From positions 8,804,001 to 8,868,000 of the forward strand of contig OZ024763.1 in assembly GCA_964016885.1 (NCBI GenBank): a DNA stretch of 64,000 nucleotides, in the 5' to 3' direction. Source of the stretch: Eledone cirrhosa (lineage: Eukaryota). This document shows positions 9,192-24,100 of the stretch, piece by piece (the stretch's first letter is position 1; each line of letters begins with the position of its first letter). Under the pieces are notes generated by a model, which was not told where the DNA came from, ran no database searches, and saw only the letters and a program-made list of their open reading frames with translations. The position numbers and the translations under genes were made by a program.

Positions 9192-12100
9192 AGCCATTTT
9201 GGAGTCATTTATTTATGATGCCGTTTTAGCCCATTTAGACTCATTTTAGTCATTTATAATGCAGTTTTAGCCATTTTAGAGTCATATTCTTCATTTATGA
9301 TGCCGTTTTAGCCATTTTGGTGTTAGTTTAGTCATTTATGATACCGTTATAGCCCTTTTAGAGTCATTTTCATCATTTATGATACCGTTTTAGACATTTT
9401 TGAGTCGTTTTAGTCATTTATGATGCCGTTTTAGCAATTTTAGTGTCATTTTACTCATTTATGATGCCGTTTTAGCCCTTTTAGTGTCATTTTACTCATT
9501 TATGATGCCGTTTTAGTCATTTTCGTCATTTATGGTGCTGTTTTAGCCATTTTAGAGTCGTTTTAGTCATTTATGATGCCGTTTTAGCCATTTTTGTCAT
9601 TCAAGATGCCGTTTCAGCCATTTTAGATTCATTTTCGTCATTTATCATGCCGTTTTAGCTATTTTAGAGTCAATTTCGTCATTTATGATACCGTTTTAGC
9701 CATTTTAGTGTTGATGTAGTCATTTATGATGCCGTTTTAGCCATTTTTGAGACGTTTTAGTCATTTATGAGGCCGTGTTAGCCCATTTAGACTCATTTTA
9801 GACCTTTATAATGCAGTTTTAGCCATTTTAGAGTCATTTACGTCATTCATGATGCCGTTTTAGCCATTCTGCTGTTATTTTAGTCAATTATGATGCCGTT
9901 TTAACCCTTTTAGAGTCATTTATGATGCAGTTTTAGTCATTTTCGTCATTTATGAAGCTCTTTTACCATTTTAGAGGCATTTTCCTCATTTGTGATAGTA
10001 TTTTAGCTATTTTAGAGTTATTTTAGTCATTTAAGATGCCGTTTTAGCCCTTTTAGAGTCATTTTACTCATTTATGATGCCATTTTACTCATTTCCGTCA
10101 TTTATGATGCTGTTTTAGCCATTTTAGAATCATTTTCCTCATTTATGATAGTGTTTTAGCCATTATGATGCGGTTTTAGCCATTTTACAGTCATTTTCGT
10201 CTTTTATGATGCCGTTTTAGACATTTTTGTGTCGTTTTAGTCAATTATGATGCCGTTTTAGCCATTTTGGTGTCATTTTAGTCATTTATGATGCCGTTTT
10301 AGCCCATTTAGACTCATTTTAGTCCTTTATAATGCAGTTTTAGCCATATTAGAGTCATTTACTTCATTCATGATGCCGTTTTAGCACTTTTAGAGTCATT
10401 TTACTCATTTATGATGCCGTTTTAGACCTTTTAGAGTCATTTTACTCATTTATGATGCCGTTTTAGTCATTTATGATGCTGTTTTAGAGTCATTTATGAT
10501 GCCGTTTTAGACATTTTGAAGTCGTTTTAGTCATTTATGATGCAGTTGTAGCCATTTTATAGTCATTTATGATGCCGTTTTAGCCCATTTAGACTCAATT
10601 TAGTCCTTTATAATGCAGCTTTAGCCATTTTAGAGTCATTTACGTCATTCATGATGGCGTTTTAGCCATTTTGGTGTTATTTTAGTCATTTATGATGCCG
10701 TTTTAGCCCTTTTAGAGTCATTTTAGTCATTTATGATGCCGTTTTAGTCATTTTAGTCATTTATAATGCCGTTTTAGAGTCATTTTACTCATTTATGATG
10801 CCGTTTTAGTCATTCTCGTCATTTATGATGCTGTTTTAGCCGTTTGAGAGTCATTTTCCTCATTTGTGATAGTGTTTTAGCCATTATGATGCTGTTTTAG
10901 CCATTATAGAGTCATTTTCGTCATTCATGATGCCGTTTTAGCCATATTGGTGTTACTTTAGTCATTTATAATGCCGTTTTAGCCCTTTTATAGTCATTTT
11001 ACTCATTTATGATGCCGTTTTAGTCATTTAAGCGTCATATTCGTCATTTGTGATACAGTTTTAGTAATTATGATGCTGTTTTAGCAATTTTACTGTCATT
11101 TTAGTCATTTATGATGCGGTTTTAGCCCTTTTAGAGTCATATTACTCTATTATGATGCCGTTTTAGTCATTTTCGTCATTTATGATGCTGTTTTAGCCAT
11201 TTTAGAGTAATATTCCTCATTTATGATAGTGTTTTAACCATTATGATGCTGTTTTAGCAATTTTAGAGTCATTTTCGTCGTTTATGATGCCGTTTTAGAC
11301 ATTGTTGAGTCGTTTTAGTCATTTATGATGCCATTTTAGCCCTTTTAGAGTCATTTTACTTATTTATGATGCCGTTTTAGTCATTTAAACTTCATTTTAG
11401 TCATTTATGATGACGTTTTAGTCATTTAAGCGTCATTTTCGTCATTGATGATGCTGTTTTAGCCATTGTGATGCTATTTTAGTCATTTATGATGCCGTTT
11501 TAGCCCTTTTAGAGTCATATTACTCTATTATGATGCCGTTTTAGTCATTTTCGTCATTTATGATGCTGTTTTAGCCATTTTAGAGTAATATTCCTCATTT
11601 ATGATAGTGTTTTAACCATTATGATGCTGTTTTAGCAATTTTAGAGTCATTTTCGTCGTTTATGATGCCGTTTTAGACATTGTTGAGTCGTTTTAGTCAT
11701 TTATGATGCCATTTTAGCCCTTTTAGAGTCATTTTACTTATTTATGATGCCGTTTTAGTCATTTAAACTTCATTTTAGTCATTTATGATGACGTTTTAGT
11801 CATTTAAGCGTCATTTTCGTCATTGATGATGCTGTTTTAGCCATTGTGATGCTATTTTAGTCATTTATGATGCCGTTTTAGCCCTTTTAGAGTCATTTTA
11901 CTCATTTATGATGCCGTTTTAGTCATTTAAGCGCCATCTTCGTCATTTATTGAGCTGTTTTAGCCATTTTAGAGTCATTTTACTCATTTATGATAGTGTT
12001 TTAGACATTATGATGCTGTTTTAGCAATTCTAGTGTAATTTTAGTCATTTATGATGCCGTTTTAAACCTTTTATACACCTTTTACTCATTTATGATGCCG

Positions 12101-15100
12101 TTGTAGTCTTTAAAGCGTCATATTCGTCATTTGTGATAGAGTTTTAGTCATTATGATGCTGTTTTAGCAATTTTAGTCATTTATGATGCCGTTTTAGCCC
12201 TGTTAGAGTCATTTTACTCATTTATGATTCCGTTTTCGTCATTTATGATGCTGTTTTAGCCCTTTTAGAGTCATTTTCGTCATTTATGATGCCCTTTTAG
12301 ACATTTTTGAGTCGTTTTAGTCATTAATGATGCAGTTTTAGCCATTTTGGAGTCATTTTAGTCATTTATGATGCCCATTTAGACTCAATTTAGTCCTTTA
12401 TAATGCAGCTTGAGCCATTTTAGTCTCATTTACGTCATTCATGATGCCGTTTTAGCCCTTTTGGTGTTATTTTAGTCATTTATGATGCCGTTTTGGCCCT
12501 TTTAGAGTCATTTTAGTCATTTATGATGCCGTTTTAGCCCTTTTAGAGGCATTTTACTCATTTATGATCCCGTTTTAGTCATTTAAGCGTTATTTCGTCA
12601 TTTATGATGCTGTTTTAGCCATTTTAGAACCATTTTCCTCATTTATGATAGTGTTTTAGCCATTATAATGCGGTTTAATTCATTTTAGAGTCATTTTCGT
12701 CATTCATGATGCCGTTTTAGACATTTTGGAGTCGTTTTAGTCATTTATGAAGACCTTTAGCCATTTTGGAGTCATTTTAGTCATTTATGATGCCGTTTTA
12801 GCCCATTTAGACTCAATTTGTCCTTTATAATGCAGTTTTAGACATTTTAGAGTCATTTTCGTCATTTATGATGCCGTTTTAGCCATTTTAGTGTTATTTT
12901 AGTCATTTATAATGCCGTTTTAGCCATTTTATAGTCATTTTACTCATTTATGATGCCGTTTTAGTCATATTCGTCATTTGTGATACAGTTTTAGTCATTA
13001 TGATGCTGTTTTAGCAATTTTACTGTCATTTTAGTCATTTATGATGCGGTTTTAGCCCTTTTAGAGTCATATTACTCTATTATGATGCCGTTTTAGTCAT
13101 TTTCGTCATTTATGATGCTGTTTTAGCCATTTTAGAGTAATATTCCTCATTTATGATAGTGTTTTAGCCATTATGATGCTGTTTTAGCAATTTTAGAGTC
13201 ATTTTCGTCATTCATGATGCCGTTTTAGACATTTTTGAGTCGTTTTAGTCATTTATGATGCCGTTTTAGCCCTTTTAGAGTCATTTTACTTATTTATGAT
13301 GCCGTTTTAGTCATTTAAACTTCATTTTAGTCATTTATGATGCCGTTTTAATCATTTAAGCGTCATTTTCGTCATTGATGATGCTGTTTTAGCCATTATG
13401 ATGCTATTTTAGTCATTTATGATGCCGTTTTAGCCCCTTTAGAGTCATTTTACTCATTTATGATGCCGTTTTAGTCATTTAAGCGCCATTTTCGTCATTT
13501 ATTGAGCTGTTTTAGCCATTCTAGAGTCATTTTACTCATTTATGATAGTGTTTTAGACATTATGATGCTGTTTTAGCAATTCTAGTGTAATTTTAGTCAT
13601 TTATGATGCCGTTTTAGCCCTGTTAGAGTCATTTTACTCATTTATGATTCCGTTTTCGTCATTTATGATGATGTTTTAGCCCTTTTAGAGTCATTTTCGT
13701 CATTTATGATGCCGTTTTAGACATTTTTGAGTCGTTTTAGTCATTAATGATGCCGTTTTAGCCATTTTGGAGTCATTTTAGTCATTTATGATGCCCATTT
13801 AGACTCAATTTAGTCCTTTATAATGCAGCTTGAGCCATTTTAGTGTCATTTACGTCATTCATGATGCCGTTTTAGCCCTTTTGGTGTTATTTTAGTCATT
13901 TAGGCTGCTGTTTTGGCCCTTTTAGAGTCATTTTAGTCATTTATGATGCCGTTTTAGCCATTTTTATCATTCAAGATGCCGTTTCAGCCATTTTAGATTC
14001 ATTTTCGTCATTTAACATGCCGTTTTAGCTATTTTAGAGTCAATTTCGTCATTTATGATACCGTTTTAGCCATTTTAGTGTTGATGTAGTCATTTATGAT
14101 GCCGTTTTAGCCATTTTTGAGACGTTTTAGTCATTTATGAGGCCGTGTTAGCCCATTTAGACTCATTTTAGACCTTTATAATGCAGTTTTAGCCATTTTA
14201 GAGTCATTGACGTCATTCATGATGCCGTTTTAGCCATTCTGCTGTTATTTTAGTCAATTATGATGCCGTTTTAACCCTTTTAGAGTCATTTATGATGCAG
14301 TTTTAGTCATTTTCGTCATTTATGAAGCTCTTTTACCATTTTAGAGGCATTTTCCTCATTTGTGATAGTATTTTAGCTATTTTAGAGTTATTTTAGTCAT
14401 TTAAGATGCCGTTTTAGCCCTTTTAGAGTCATTTTACTCATTTATGATGCCATTTTACTCATTTCCGTCATTTATGATGCTGTTTTAGCCATTTTAGAAT
14501 CATTTTCCTCATTTATGATAGTGTTTTAGCCATTATGATGCGGTTTTAGCCATTTTACAGTCATTTTCGTCTTTTATGATGCCGTTTTAGACATTTTTGT
14601 GTCGTTTTAGTCAATTATGATGCCGTTTTAGCCATTTTGGTGTCATTTTAGTCATTTATGATGCCGTTTTAGCCCATTTAGACTCATTTTAGTCATTTAT
14701 AATGCAGTTTTAGCCATATTAGAGTCATTTACTTCATTCATGATGCCGTTTTAGCACTTTTAGAGTCATTTTACTCATTTATGATGCCGTTTTAGACCTT
14801 TTAGAGTCATTTTACTCATTTATGATGCCGTTTTAGTCATTTATGATGCTGTTTTAGCCATTTTAGAGTCATTTATGATGCCGTTTTAGACATTTTGGAG
14901 TCGTTTTAGTCATTTATGATGCAGTTGTAGCCATTTTATAGTCATTTATGATGCCGTTTTAGCCCATTTAGACTCAATTTAGTCCTTTATAATGCAGCTT
15001 TAGCCATTTTAGAGTCATTTACGTCATTCATGATGGCGTTTTAGCCATTTTGGTGTTATTTTAGTCATTTATGATGCCGTTTTAGCCTTTTTAGAGTCAT

Positions 15101-18100
15101 TTTAGTCATTTATGATGCCGTTTTAGCCATTTTGGAGTCATTTTAGTCATTTATAATGCCGTTTTAGAGTCATTTTACTCATTTATGATGCCGTTTTAGT
15201 CATTTTCGTCATTTATGATGCTGTTTTAGCCGTTTGAGAGTCATTTTCCTCATTTGTGATAGTGTTTTAGCCATTATGATGCTGTTTTAGCCATTATAGA
15301 GTCATTTTCGTCATTCATGATGCCGTTTTAGCCATATTGGTGTTACTTTAGTCATTTATAATGCCGTTTTAGCCCTTTTATAGTCATTTTACTCATTTAT
15401 GATGCCGTTTTAGTCATTTAAGCGTCATATTCGTCATTTGTGATACAGTTTTAGTAATTATGATGCTGTTTTAGCAATTTTACTGTCATTTTAGTCATTT
15501 ATGATGCGGTTTTAGCCCTTTTAGAGTCATATTATTCTATTATGATGCCGTTTTAGTCATTTTCGTCATTTATGATGCTGTTTTAGCCATTTTAGAGTAA
15601 TATTCCTCATTTATGATAGTGTTTTAACCATTATGATGCTGTTTTAGCAATTTTAGAGTCATTTTCGTCGTTTATGATGCCGTTTTAGACATTGTTGAGT
15701 CGTTTTAGTCATTTATGATGCCATTTTAGCCCTTTTAGAGTCATTTTACTTATTTATGATGCCGTTTTAGTCATTTAAACTTCATTTTAGTCATTTATGA
15801 TGACGTTTTAGTCATTTAAGCGTCATTTTCGTCATTGATGATGCTGTTTTAGCCATTATGATGCTATTTTAGTCATTTATGATGCCGTTTTAGCCTTTTA
15901 GAGTCATTTTACTCATTTATGATGCCGTTTTAGTCATTTAAGCGCCATCTTCGTCATTTATTGAGCTGTTTTAGCCATTTTAGAGTCATTTTACTCATTT
16001 ATGATAGTGTTTTAGACATTATGATGCTGTTTTAGCAATTCTAGTGTAATTTTAGTCATTTATGATGCCGTTTTAAACCTTTTATACACCTTTTACTCAT
16101 TTATGATGCCGTTGTAGTCTTTAAAGCGTCATATTCGTCATTTGTGATAGAGTTTTAGTCATTATGATGCTGTTTTAGCAATTTTAGTCATTTACGATGC
16201 CGTTTTAGCCCTGTTAGAGTCATTTTACTCATTTATGATTCCGTTTTCGTCATTTATGATGCTGTTTTAGCCCTTTTAGAGTCATTTTCGTCATTTATGA
16301 TGCCGTTTTAGACATTTTTGAGTCGTTTTAGTCATTAATGATGCCGTTTTAGCCATTTTGGAGTCATTTTAGTCATTTATGATGCCCATTTAGACTCAAT
16401 TTAGTCCTTTATAATGCAGCTTGAGCCATTTTAGTGTCATTTACGTCATTCATGATGCCGTTTTAGCCCTTTTGGTGTTATTTTAGTCATTTATGCTGCC
16501 GTTTTGGCCCTTTTAGAGTCATTTTAGTCATTTATGATGCCGTTTTAGCCATTTTTGTCATTCAAGATGCCGTTTCAGCCATTTTAGATTCATTTTCGTC
16601 ATTTATCATGCCGTTTTAGCTATTTTAGAGTCAATTTCGTCATTTATGATACCGTTTTAGCCATTTTAGTGTTGATGTAGTCATTTATGATGCCGTTTTA
16701 GCCATTTTTGAGACGTTTTAGTCATTTATGAGGCCGTGTTAGCCCATTTAGACTCATTTTAGACCTTTATAATGCAGTTTTAGCCACTTTAGAGTCATTT
16801 ACGTCATTCATGATGCCGTTTTAGCCATTTTGGTGTTATTTTAGTCAATTATGATGCCGTTTTAGCCCTTTTAGAGTCATTTTACTCATTTATGATGCAG
16901 TTTTAGTCATTTTCGTCATTTATGAAGCTCTTTTACCATTTTAGAGGCATTTTCCTCATTTGTGATAGTGTTTTAGCTATTTTAGAGTTATTTTAGTCAT
17001 TTAAGATGCCGTTTTAGCCCTTTTAGAGTCATTTTACTCATTTATGATGCCATTTTACTCATTTCCGTCATTTATGATGCTGTTTTAGCCATTTTAGAAT
17101 CATTTTCCTCATTTATGATAGTGTTTTAGCCATTATGATGCGGTTTTAGCCATTTTACAGTTATTTTCGTCTTTCATGATGCCGTTTTAGACATTTTTGT
17201 GTCGTTTTAGTCAATTATGATGCAGTTGTAGCCATTTTATAGTCATTTATGATGCCGTTTTAGCCCATTTAGGCTCAATTTAGTCCTTTATAATGCAGCT
17301 TTAGCCATTTTAGAGTCATTTACGTCATTCATGATGGCGTTTTAGCCATTTTGGTGTCATTTTAGTCATTTATGATGCCGTTTTAGCCCTTTTAGAGTCA
17401 TTTTAGTCATTTATGATGCTGTTTTAGCCATTTTAGAGTCATTTATAATGCCGTTTTAGAGTCATTTTACTCATTTATGATGCCGTTTAGTCATTTTCGT
17501 CATTTATGATGCTGTTTTAGCCGTTTGAGAGTCATTTTCCTCATTTGTGATAGTGTTTTAGCCATTATGATGCTGTTTTAGCCATTATAGAGTCATTTTC
17601 GTCATTCATGATGCCGTTTTAGCCAATTGGTGTTACTTTAGTCATTTATAATGCCGTGTTAGCCCTTTTATAGTCATTTTACTCATTTATGATGCCGTTT
17701 TAGTCATTTAAGTGTCATATTCGTCATTTGTGATACAGTTTTAGTCATTATGATGCTGTTTTAGCAATTTTACTGTCATTTTAGTCATTTATGATGCGGT
17801 TTTAGCCCTTTTAGACTCATATTACTCTATTATGATACCGTTTTAGTCATTTTCGTCATTTATGATGCTGTTTTAGCCATTTTAGAGTAATATTCCTGAT
17901 TTATGATAGTGTTGTAGCCATTATGATGCTGTTTTAGCAATTTTAGAGTCATTTTCGTCGTTTATGATGCCGTTTTAGACATTTTTGTGTCGTTTTAGTC
18001 ATTTATGATGCCATTTTAGCCCTTTTAGCGTCATTTTACTTATTTATGATGCCGTTTTAGTCATTTAAACTTCATTGTAGTCATTTATGATGACGTTTTA

Positions 18101-21100
18101 GTCATTTAAGCGTAATTTTCGTCATTGATGATGCTGTTTTAGCCATTATGATGCTATTTTAGTCATTTATGATGCCGTTTTAGTCATTTAAGCGCCATCT
18201 TCGTCATTTATTGAGCTGTTTTAGCCATTTTAGAGTCATTTTACTCATTTATGATAGTGTTTTAGACATTATGATGCTGTTTTTGCAATTCTAGTGTAAT
18301 TTTAGTCATTTATGATGCCGTTTTAAACCTTTTATACACCTTTTACTCATTTATGATGCCGTTGTAGTCTTTAAAGCGTCATATCCGTCATTTGTGATAG
18401 AGTTTTAGTCATTATGATGCTGTTTTAGCAATTTTAGTCATTTATGATGCCGTTTTAGCCCTGTTAGAGTCATTTTACTCATTTATGATTCCGTTTTCGT
18501 CATTTATGATGCTGTTTTAGCCCTTTTAGAGTCATTTTCGTCATTTATGATGCCGTTTTAGACATTTTTGAGTCGTTTTAGTCATTAATGATGCCGTTTT
18601 AGCCATTTTGGAGTCATTTTAGTCATTTATGATGCCCATTTAGACTCAATTTAGTCCTTTATAATGCAGCTTGAGCCATTTTAGTGTCATTTACGTCATT
18701 CATGATGCCGTTTTAGCCCTTTTGGTGTTATTTTAGTCATTTATGCTGCCGTTTTGGCCCTTTTAGAGTCATTTTAGTCATTCATGATGCCGTTTTAGCC
18801 CTTTTAGAGGCATTTTACTCATTTATGATCCCGTTTTAGTCATTTAAGCGTTATTTCGTCATTTATGATGCTGTTTTAGCCATTTTAGAGCCATTTTCCT
18901 CATTTATGATAGTATTTTAGCCATTATAATGCGGTTTAATTCATTTTAGAGTCATTTTCGTCATTCATGATGCCGTTTTAGACATTTTGGAGTCATTTTA
19001 GTCATTTATGATGCCGTTTTAGTCATTTTCGTCATTCATGATGCCGTTTTAGCCATTTTGGTGTTCTTTTAGTCATTTATCATGCGATTTTAACCCATTT
19101 ACACTCATTGTAGTCTTTCATAATGCAGTTTTAGCCCATTGAGACTCATTTTAGTCCTTTATAATGCAGTTTCAGTCATTTTAGAGTCATTTTACTCATT
19201 CATGATGCCGTTTTAGTCATTTTCGTCATTTATGATGCTGTTTTAGCCGTTTGAGAGTCATTTTCCTCATTTGTGATAGTATTTTAGCCATTATAATGCG
19301 GTTTAATTCATTTTAGAGTCATTTTCGTCATTCATGATGCCGTTTTAGACATTTTGGAGTCGTTTTAGTCATTTATGAAGACCTTTAGCCACTTTGGAGT
19401 CATTTTAGTCATTTATGATGCCGTTTTAGCCATTTTGGTGTTATTTTAGTCATTTATAATGCCGTTTTAGCCGTTTTATAGTCATTTTACTCATTTATGA
19501 TGCCGTTTTAGTCATTTAAGCGTCATATTCGTCATTTGTGATACAGTTTTAGTCATTATGATGCTGTTTTAGCAATTTTACTGTCATTTCAGTCATTTAT
19601 GATGCAGTTTTAGCCCTTTTAGAGTCATATTACTCTATTATGATGCCGTTTTAGTCATTTTCGTCATTTATGATGCCGTTTTAGCCCTGTTAGAGTCATT
19701 TTACTCATTTATGATTCCGTTTTCGTCATTTATGATGCTGTTTTAGCCCTTTTAGAGTCATTTTCGTCATTCATGATGCCGTTTTAGACCTTTTTGAGTC
19801 GTTTTAGTCATTTATGATGCCGTTTTAGCCCTTTTAGAGTCATTTTACTTATTTATGATGCCGTTTTAGTCATTTAAACTTCATTTTAGTCATTTATGAT
19901 GCCGTTTTAATCATTTAAGCGTCATTTTCGTCATTGATGATGCTGTTTTAGCCATTATGATGCTATTTTAGTCATTTATGATGCCGTTTTAGCCCCTTTA
20001 GAGTCATTTTACTAATTTATGATGCCGTTTTAGTCATTTAAGCGCCATTTTCGTCATTTATTGAGCTGTTTTAGCCATTCTAGAGTCATTTTACTCATTT
20101 ATGATAGTGTTTTAGACATTATGATGCTGTTTTAGCAATTCTAGTGTAATTTTAGTCATTTATGATGCCGTTTTAAACCTTTTATACACCTTTTACTCAT
20201 TTATGATGCCGTTGTCGTCTTTAAAGCGTCATATTCGTCATTTGTGATAGAGTTTTAGTCATTATGATGCTGTTTTAGCAATTTTAGTCATTTATGATGC
20301 CGTTTTAGCCCTGTTAGAGTCATTTTACTCATTTATGATTCCGTTTTCGTCATTTATGATGCTGTTTTAGCCCTTTTAGAGTCATTTTCGTCATTTATGA
20401 TGCCGTTTTAGACATTTTTGAGTCGTTTTAGTCATTAATGATGCCGTTTTAGCCATTTTGGAGTCATTTTAGTCATTTATGATGCCCATTTAGACTCAAT
20501 TTAGTCCTTTATAATGCAGCTTGAGCCATTTTAGTGTCATTTACGTCATTCATGATGCCGTTTTAGCCCTTTTGGTGTTATTTTAGTCATTTATGCTGCC
20601 GTTTTGGCCCTTTTAGAGTCATTTTAGTCTTTCATGATGCCGTTTTAGCCCTTTTAGAGGCATTTTACTCATTTATGATCCCGTTTTAGTCATTTAAGCG
20701 TTATTTCGTCATTTATGATGCTGTTTTAGCCATTTTAGAGCCATTTTCCTCATTTATGATAGTATTTTAGCCATTATAATGCGGTTTAATTCATTTTAGA
20801 GTCATTTTCGTCATTCATGATGCCGTTTTAGACATTTTGGAGTCATTTTAGTCATTTATGATGCCGTTTTAGCCCATTTAGACTCATTTTGTCCTTTATA
20901 ATGCAGTTTTAGACATTTTAGAGTCATTTTACTCATTTATGATGCCGTTTTAGTCATTTTCGTCATTTATGATGCCGTTTTAGCCATTTTGGTGTTCTTT
21001 TAGTCATTTATCATGCGATTTTAGAGCCATTTTCCTCATTTATGATAGTATTTTAGCCATTTTAATGCGGATTAATTCATTTTAGAGTCATTTTCGTCAT

Positions 21101-24100
21101 TCATGATGCCGTTTTAGACATTTTGGAGTCGTTTTCGTCATTTATGAAGACCTTTAGCCATTTTGGAGTCATTTTAGTCATTTATGATGCCGTTTTAGCC
21201 CATTTAGACTCATTTTGTCCTTTATAATGCAGTTTTAGACATTTTAGAGTCATTTTCGTCATTTATGATGCCGTTTTAGCCATTTTGGTGTTATTTTAGT
21301 CATTTATAATGCCGTTTTAGCCGTTTTATAGTCATTTTACTCATTTATGATGCCGTTTTAGTCATTTAAGCGTCATATTCGTCATTTGTGATACAGTTTT
21401 AGTCATTATGATGCTGTTTTAGCAATTTTACTGTCATTTTAGTCATTTATGATGCAGTTTTAGCCCTTTTAGAGTCATATTACTCTATTATGATGCCGTT
21501 TTAGTCATTTTCGTCATTTATGATGCCGTTTTAGCCCTGTTAGAGTCATTTTACTCATTTATGATTCCGTTTTCGTCATTTATGATGCAGTTTTAGCCCT
21601 TTTAGAGTCATTTTCGTCGTTTATGATGCCGTTTTAGACATTTTTGAGTCGTTTTAGTCATTTATGATGCCGTTTTAGCCCTTTTAGAGTCATTTTACTT
21701 ATTTATGATGCCGTTTTAGTCATTTAAACTTCATTTTAGTCATTTATGATGCCGTTTTAATCATTTAAGCGTCATTTTCGTCATTGATGATGCTGTTTTA
21801 GCCATTATGTTGCTATTTTAGTCATTTATGATGCCGTTTTAGCCCCTTTAGAGTCATTTTACTCATTTATGATGCCGTTTTAGTCATTTAAGCGCCATTT
21901 TCGTCATTTATTGAGCTGTTTTAGCCATTCTAGAGTCATTTTACTCATTTATGATAGTGTTTTAGACATTATGATGCTGTTTTAGCAATTCTAGTGTAAT
22001 TTTAGTCATTTATGATGCCGTTTTAAACCTTTTATACACCTTTTACTCATTTATGATGCCGTTGTAGTCTTTAAAGCGTCATATTCGTCATTTGTGATAG
22101 AGTTTTAGTCATTATGATGCTGTTTTAGCAATTTTAGTCATTTATGATGCCGTTTTAGCCCAGTTAGAGTCATTTTACTCATTTATGATTCCGTTTTCGT
22201 CATTTATGATGCTGTTTTAGCCCTTTTAGAGTCATTTTCGTCATTTATGATGCCGTTTTAGACATTTTTGAGTCGTTTTAGTCATTAATGATGCCGTTTT
22301 AGCCATTTTGGAGTCATTTTAGTTATTTATGATGCCCATTTAGACTCAATTTAGTCCTTTATAATGCAGCTTGAGCCATTTTAGTGTCATTTACGTCATT
22401 CATGATCCCGTTTTAGCCCTTTTGGTGTTATTTTAGTCATTTATGCTGCCGTTTTGGCCCTTTTAGAGTCATTTTAGTCATTTATGATGCCGTTTTAGCC
22501 CTTTTAGAGGCATTTTACTCATTTATGATCCCGTTTTAGTCATTTAAGCGTTATTTCGTCATTTATGATGCTGTTTTAGCCATTTTAGAGCAATTTTCCT
22601 CATTTATGATAGTATTTTAGCCATTATAATGCGGTTTAATTCATTTTAGAGTCATTTTCGTCATTCATGATGCCGTTTTAGACATTTTGGAGTCGTTTTA
22701 GTCATTTATGAAGACCTTTAGCCATTTTGGAGTCATTTTAGTCATTTATGATGCCGTTTTAGCCCATTTAGACTCATTTTGTCCTTTATAATGCAGTTTT
22801 AGACATTTTAGAGTCATTTTCGTCATTTATGATGCCTTTTTAGCCATTTTGGTGTTCTTTTAGTCATTTATCATGCGATTGTAACACATTTACACTCATT
22901 GTAGTCTTTTATAATGCAGTTTTAGCCCATTGAGACTCATTTTAGTCCTTTATAATGCAGTTTTAGTCATTTTAGAGTCATTTTACTCATTTATGATGCC
23001 GTTTTAGTCATTTTCGTCATTTATGATGCTGTTTTAAACGTTTGAGAGTCATTTTCCTCATTTGTGATAGTGTTTTAGCCATTATGATGCTGTTTTAGCA
23101 ATTTTAGAGTCATTTTCGTCATTTATGATGCCGTTTTAGACATTTTTGAGTCGTTTTAGTCATTTATGATGCCGTTTTAGCCCTTTTAGAGCCATTTTAC
23201 TTATTTATGATGCCGTTTTAATCATTTAAACTTCATTTTTGTCATTTATGATGCCGTTTTAGTCATTTAAGCGTCATTTTCGTCATTGATGATGCTGTTT
23301 TAGCCATTATGATGCTATTTTAGTCATTTATGATACCGTTTTAGCCCTTTTAGAGTCATTTTACTCATTTATGATGCCGTTCTAGTCATTTAAGCGCCAT
23401 TTTGGTCATTTATTGAGGTGTTTTAGCCATTTTAGAGTCATTTTACTCATTTATGATAGTGTTTTAGACATAAATGAGTTAAATGACTCTAAAATGGCTA
23501 AAACAGCTCAATAAATGACGAAAATGGCGCTTAAATGACTAAAACGGCATCATAAATGAGTAAAATGACTCTAAAAGGGCTATAACGGCATGATAAATGA
23601 CTAAAATAGCATCATAATGGCTAAAACAGCATCATCAATGACGAAAATGACGCTTAAATGACTAAAACGGCATCATAAATGAACTAAAATGAAGTTTTAA
23701 TGACTAAAACGGCATCATCAATAAGTAAAATGTCTCTAAAAGGGCTTAAAACGGCATCATAAATGACTAAAACGACTCAAAAATGTCTAAAACGTCATCA
23801 TAAATGAGGAATATTACTCTAAAATGGCTAAAACAGCATCATAAATGACGAAAATGACTAAAACGGCATCATAATAGAGTAATATGACTCTAAAAGGGCT
23901 AAAACCGCATCATAAATGACTAAAATGACAGTAAAATTGCTAAAACAGCATCATAATGACTAAAACTGTATCACAAATGACGAATATGACGCTTAAATGC
24001 TAAAACGGCATCATAAATGAGTAAAATGACTATAAAAGGGCTAAAACGGCATTATAAATGACTAAAATAACACCAATATGGCTAAAACGGCATCATGAAT

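Noticed and set aside
8836-9208. Short ORFs just before the satellite
   Set aside because: No recognisable domain or coherent exon chain.
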